From Octopus bimaculoides (lineage: Eukaryota), in NCBI RefSeq assembly GCF_001194135.2, contig NC_068989.1:58395370-58459369 (forward strand): a stretch of DNA of 64,000 nucleotides. Reading direction: 5' to 3'. Below are positions 63,081 through 64,000 of this stretch, piece after piece (position 1 is the first letter of the stretch; every line of letters starts with the position of its first letter). Under the pieces are notes generated by a model, which was given only the letters and a program-made list of their open reading frames with translations, was not told the DNA's origin and did not search any database. The translations under genes were made by a program, and so were the position numbers.

Positions 63081-64000
63081 TATGTGTGGGTGTGTTTGTG
63101 TGTAAGTATATAAAAATACATAAAGAAATAGGTTGACAGAAAGAAGTTATTGACACTTGTTCAAATTCATTCTGACTGAACAATAACCTTGGACTGACCA
63201 TTTGCAATTAAAAGTTGGTGTGGGTGTGTACATGCCCATTTTTAATTGTACGCTCACACATACAAATACACATGTAAACACATATAGTCCCACTTGAAAA
63301 TTTTGTTATTTCAGTGAGCCGAGAAATATGTTCCAAAATGTAAATTTCGAAGTTAGCTTTAATTATAAAATTACTTTAATTATAAAATTACTCTCAATAT
63401 CTAAAAATATTTTTTCAAGCTTTAGAATTATTGCATTTATGTTCAAATATTTTTCATTAAATTGAACCTTGTTCTTTCTTTTTAAATACATTTTTTGTCA
63501 TTTTGTACTATTCCAATTTGTCAAACACTTGAAATTACCATAGTGGGTAGGGCAAAATTTGTAACTGGGGAAAAATAAGTCATTTCTGATTTCTCTTTGT
63601 TTCCTCCCTACCTGTTTGAAAGTATTGCTTCATTTATATTGGTGCATTGTCTTTAGGAGTAAAAATTGGTCAGTTTAGTAGTTATTGATATTAAGAGAGT
63701 TTGCAACACATTCAAGCGACAGCTGCTTTTTTTTCAAGAAATTTTCCTTCAACTTCAATCTGATTGTAATTGAGGTTGTTAATAAATTATTTGCGTAGTT
63801 TTTGGTGTTAAACAATCAATATTCTTATTTCTGTTGGATTCCATGTAAATTTTTTCTCACCCTAACGTCTAATTTGATAATTTTCCATTTTCAGAAAAAT
63901 GATGTCTTAAATGGGGCAACATGAGTAATGACTAATTTCAATAATTTCTTCTCTTTAATTGCTTGGTGTGTTAATATATCAGGAAGAAAGCCATTCCAGC

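Noticed and set aside
63895-63924. Candidate plus-strand exon (good branch point and acceptor, GTAATG donor)
   Set aside because: Stops in all three frames and no recognisable homology; it could be a UTR exon, but the sequence alone cannot show that.
1-64000. Most ORFs in the supplied track (YIYIYI, HTHTH and X-containing ORFs, 60-100 aa pieces)
   Set aside because: They are translations of microsatellites, gaps, SINEs or antisense frames with no protein motifs; only those overlapping the exons and TE remnants listed are meaningful.

Overview
AT-rich, repeat-dense animal genomic DNA with five N gaps. The SINE/LINE repertoire and (TA)n/(CAT)n microsatellites look like a coleoid cephalopod (Octopus-like); that is my inference, not a database result. 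The ORF track is mostly noise because the real genes are spliced. I built two genes by hand from GT-AG boundaries with consistent reading phase. (1) The first three coding exons of a GCN5/PCAF (KAT2A/B) histone acetyltransferase on the minus strand: ATG at 15060, running off the left edge. (2) A complete 16-exon, 721-aa LCMT2/TYW4 tRNA-wybutosine methyltransferase (SAM domain plus Kelch repeats) on the plus strand, 20559-51262. The two genes are head-to-head, with ATGs 5.5 kb apart. Introns and intergenic DNA hold decayed mariner/Tc1 elements, piggyBac-type MITEs, a Gypsy remnant, RTE and CR1-like LINE fragments and several SINE families. The most notable unexplained structures are: a hammerhead-ribozyme core in an inverted Penelope-like pair inside an LCMT2 intron; two unrelated Merlin-type MITEs (8-bp TSDs) that both carry telomere-like CCCTAA arrays; three uORFs inside a putative 5'-UTR intron just upstream of the KAT2 start; several long hairpins; and an orphan promoter-like island at about 53.9-55.8 kb with mirror-image 30-bp elements. 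Exon and TIR coordinates were counted base by base; LINE/SINE edges are approximate.
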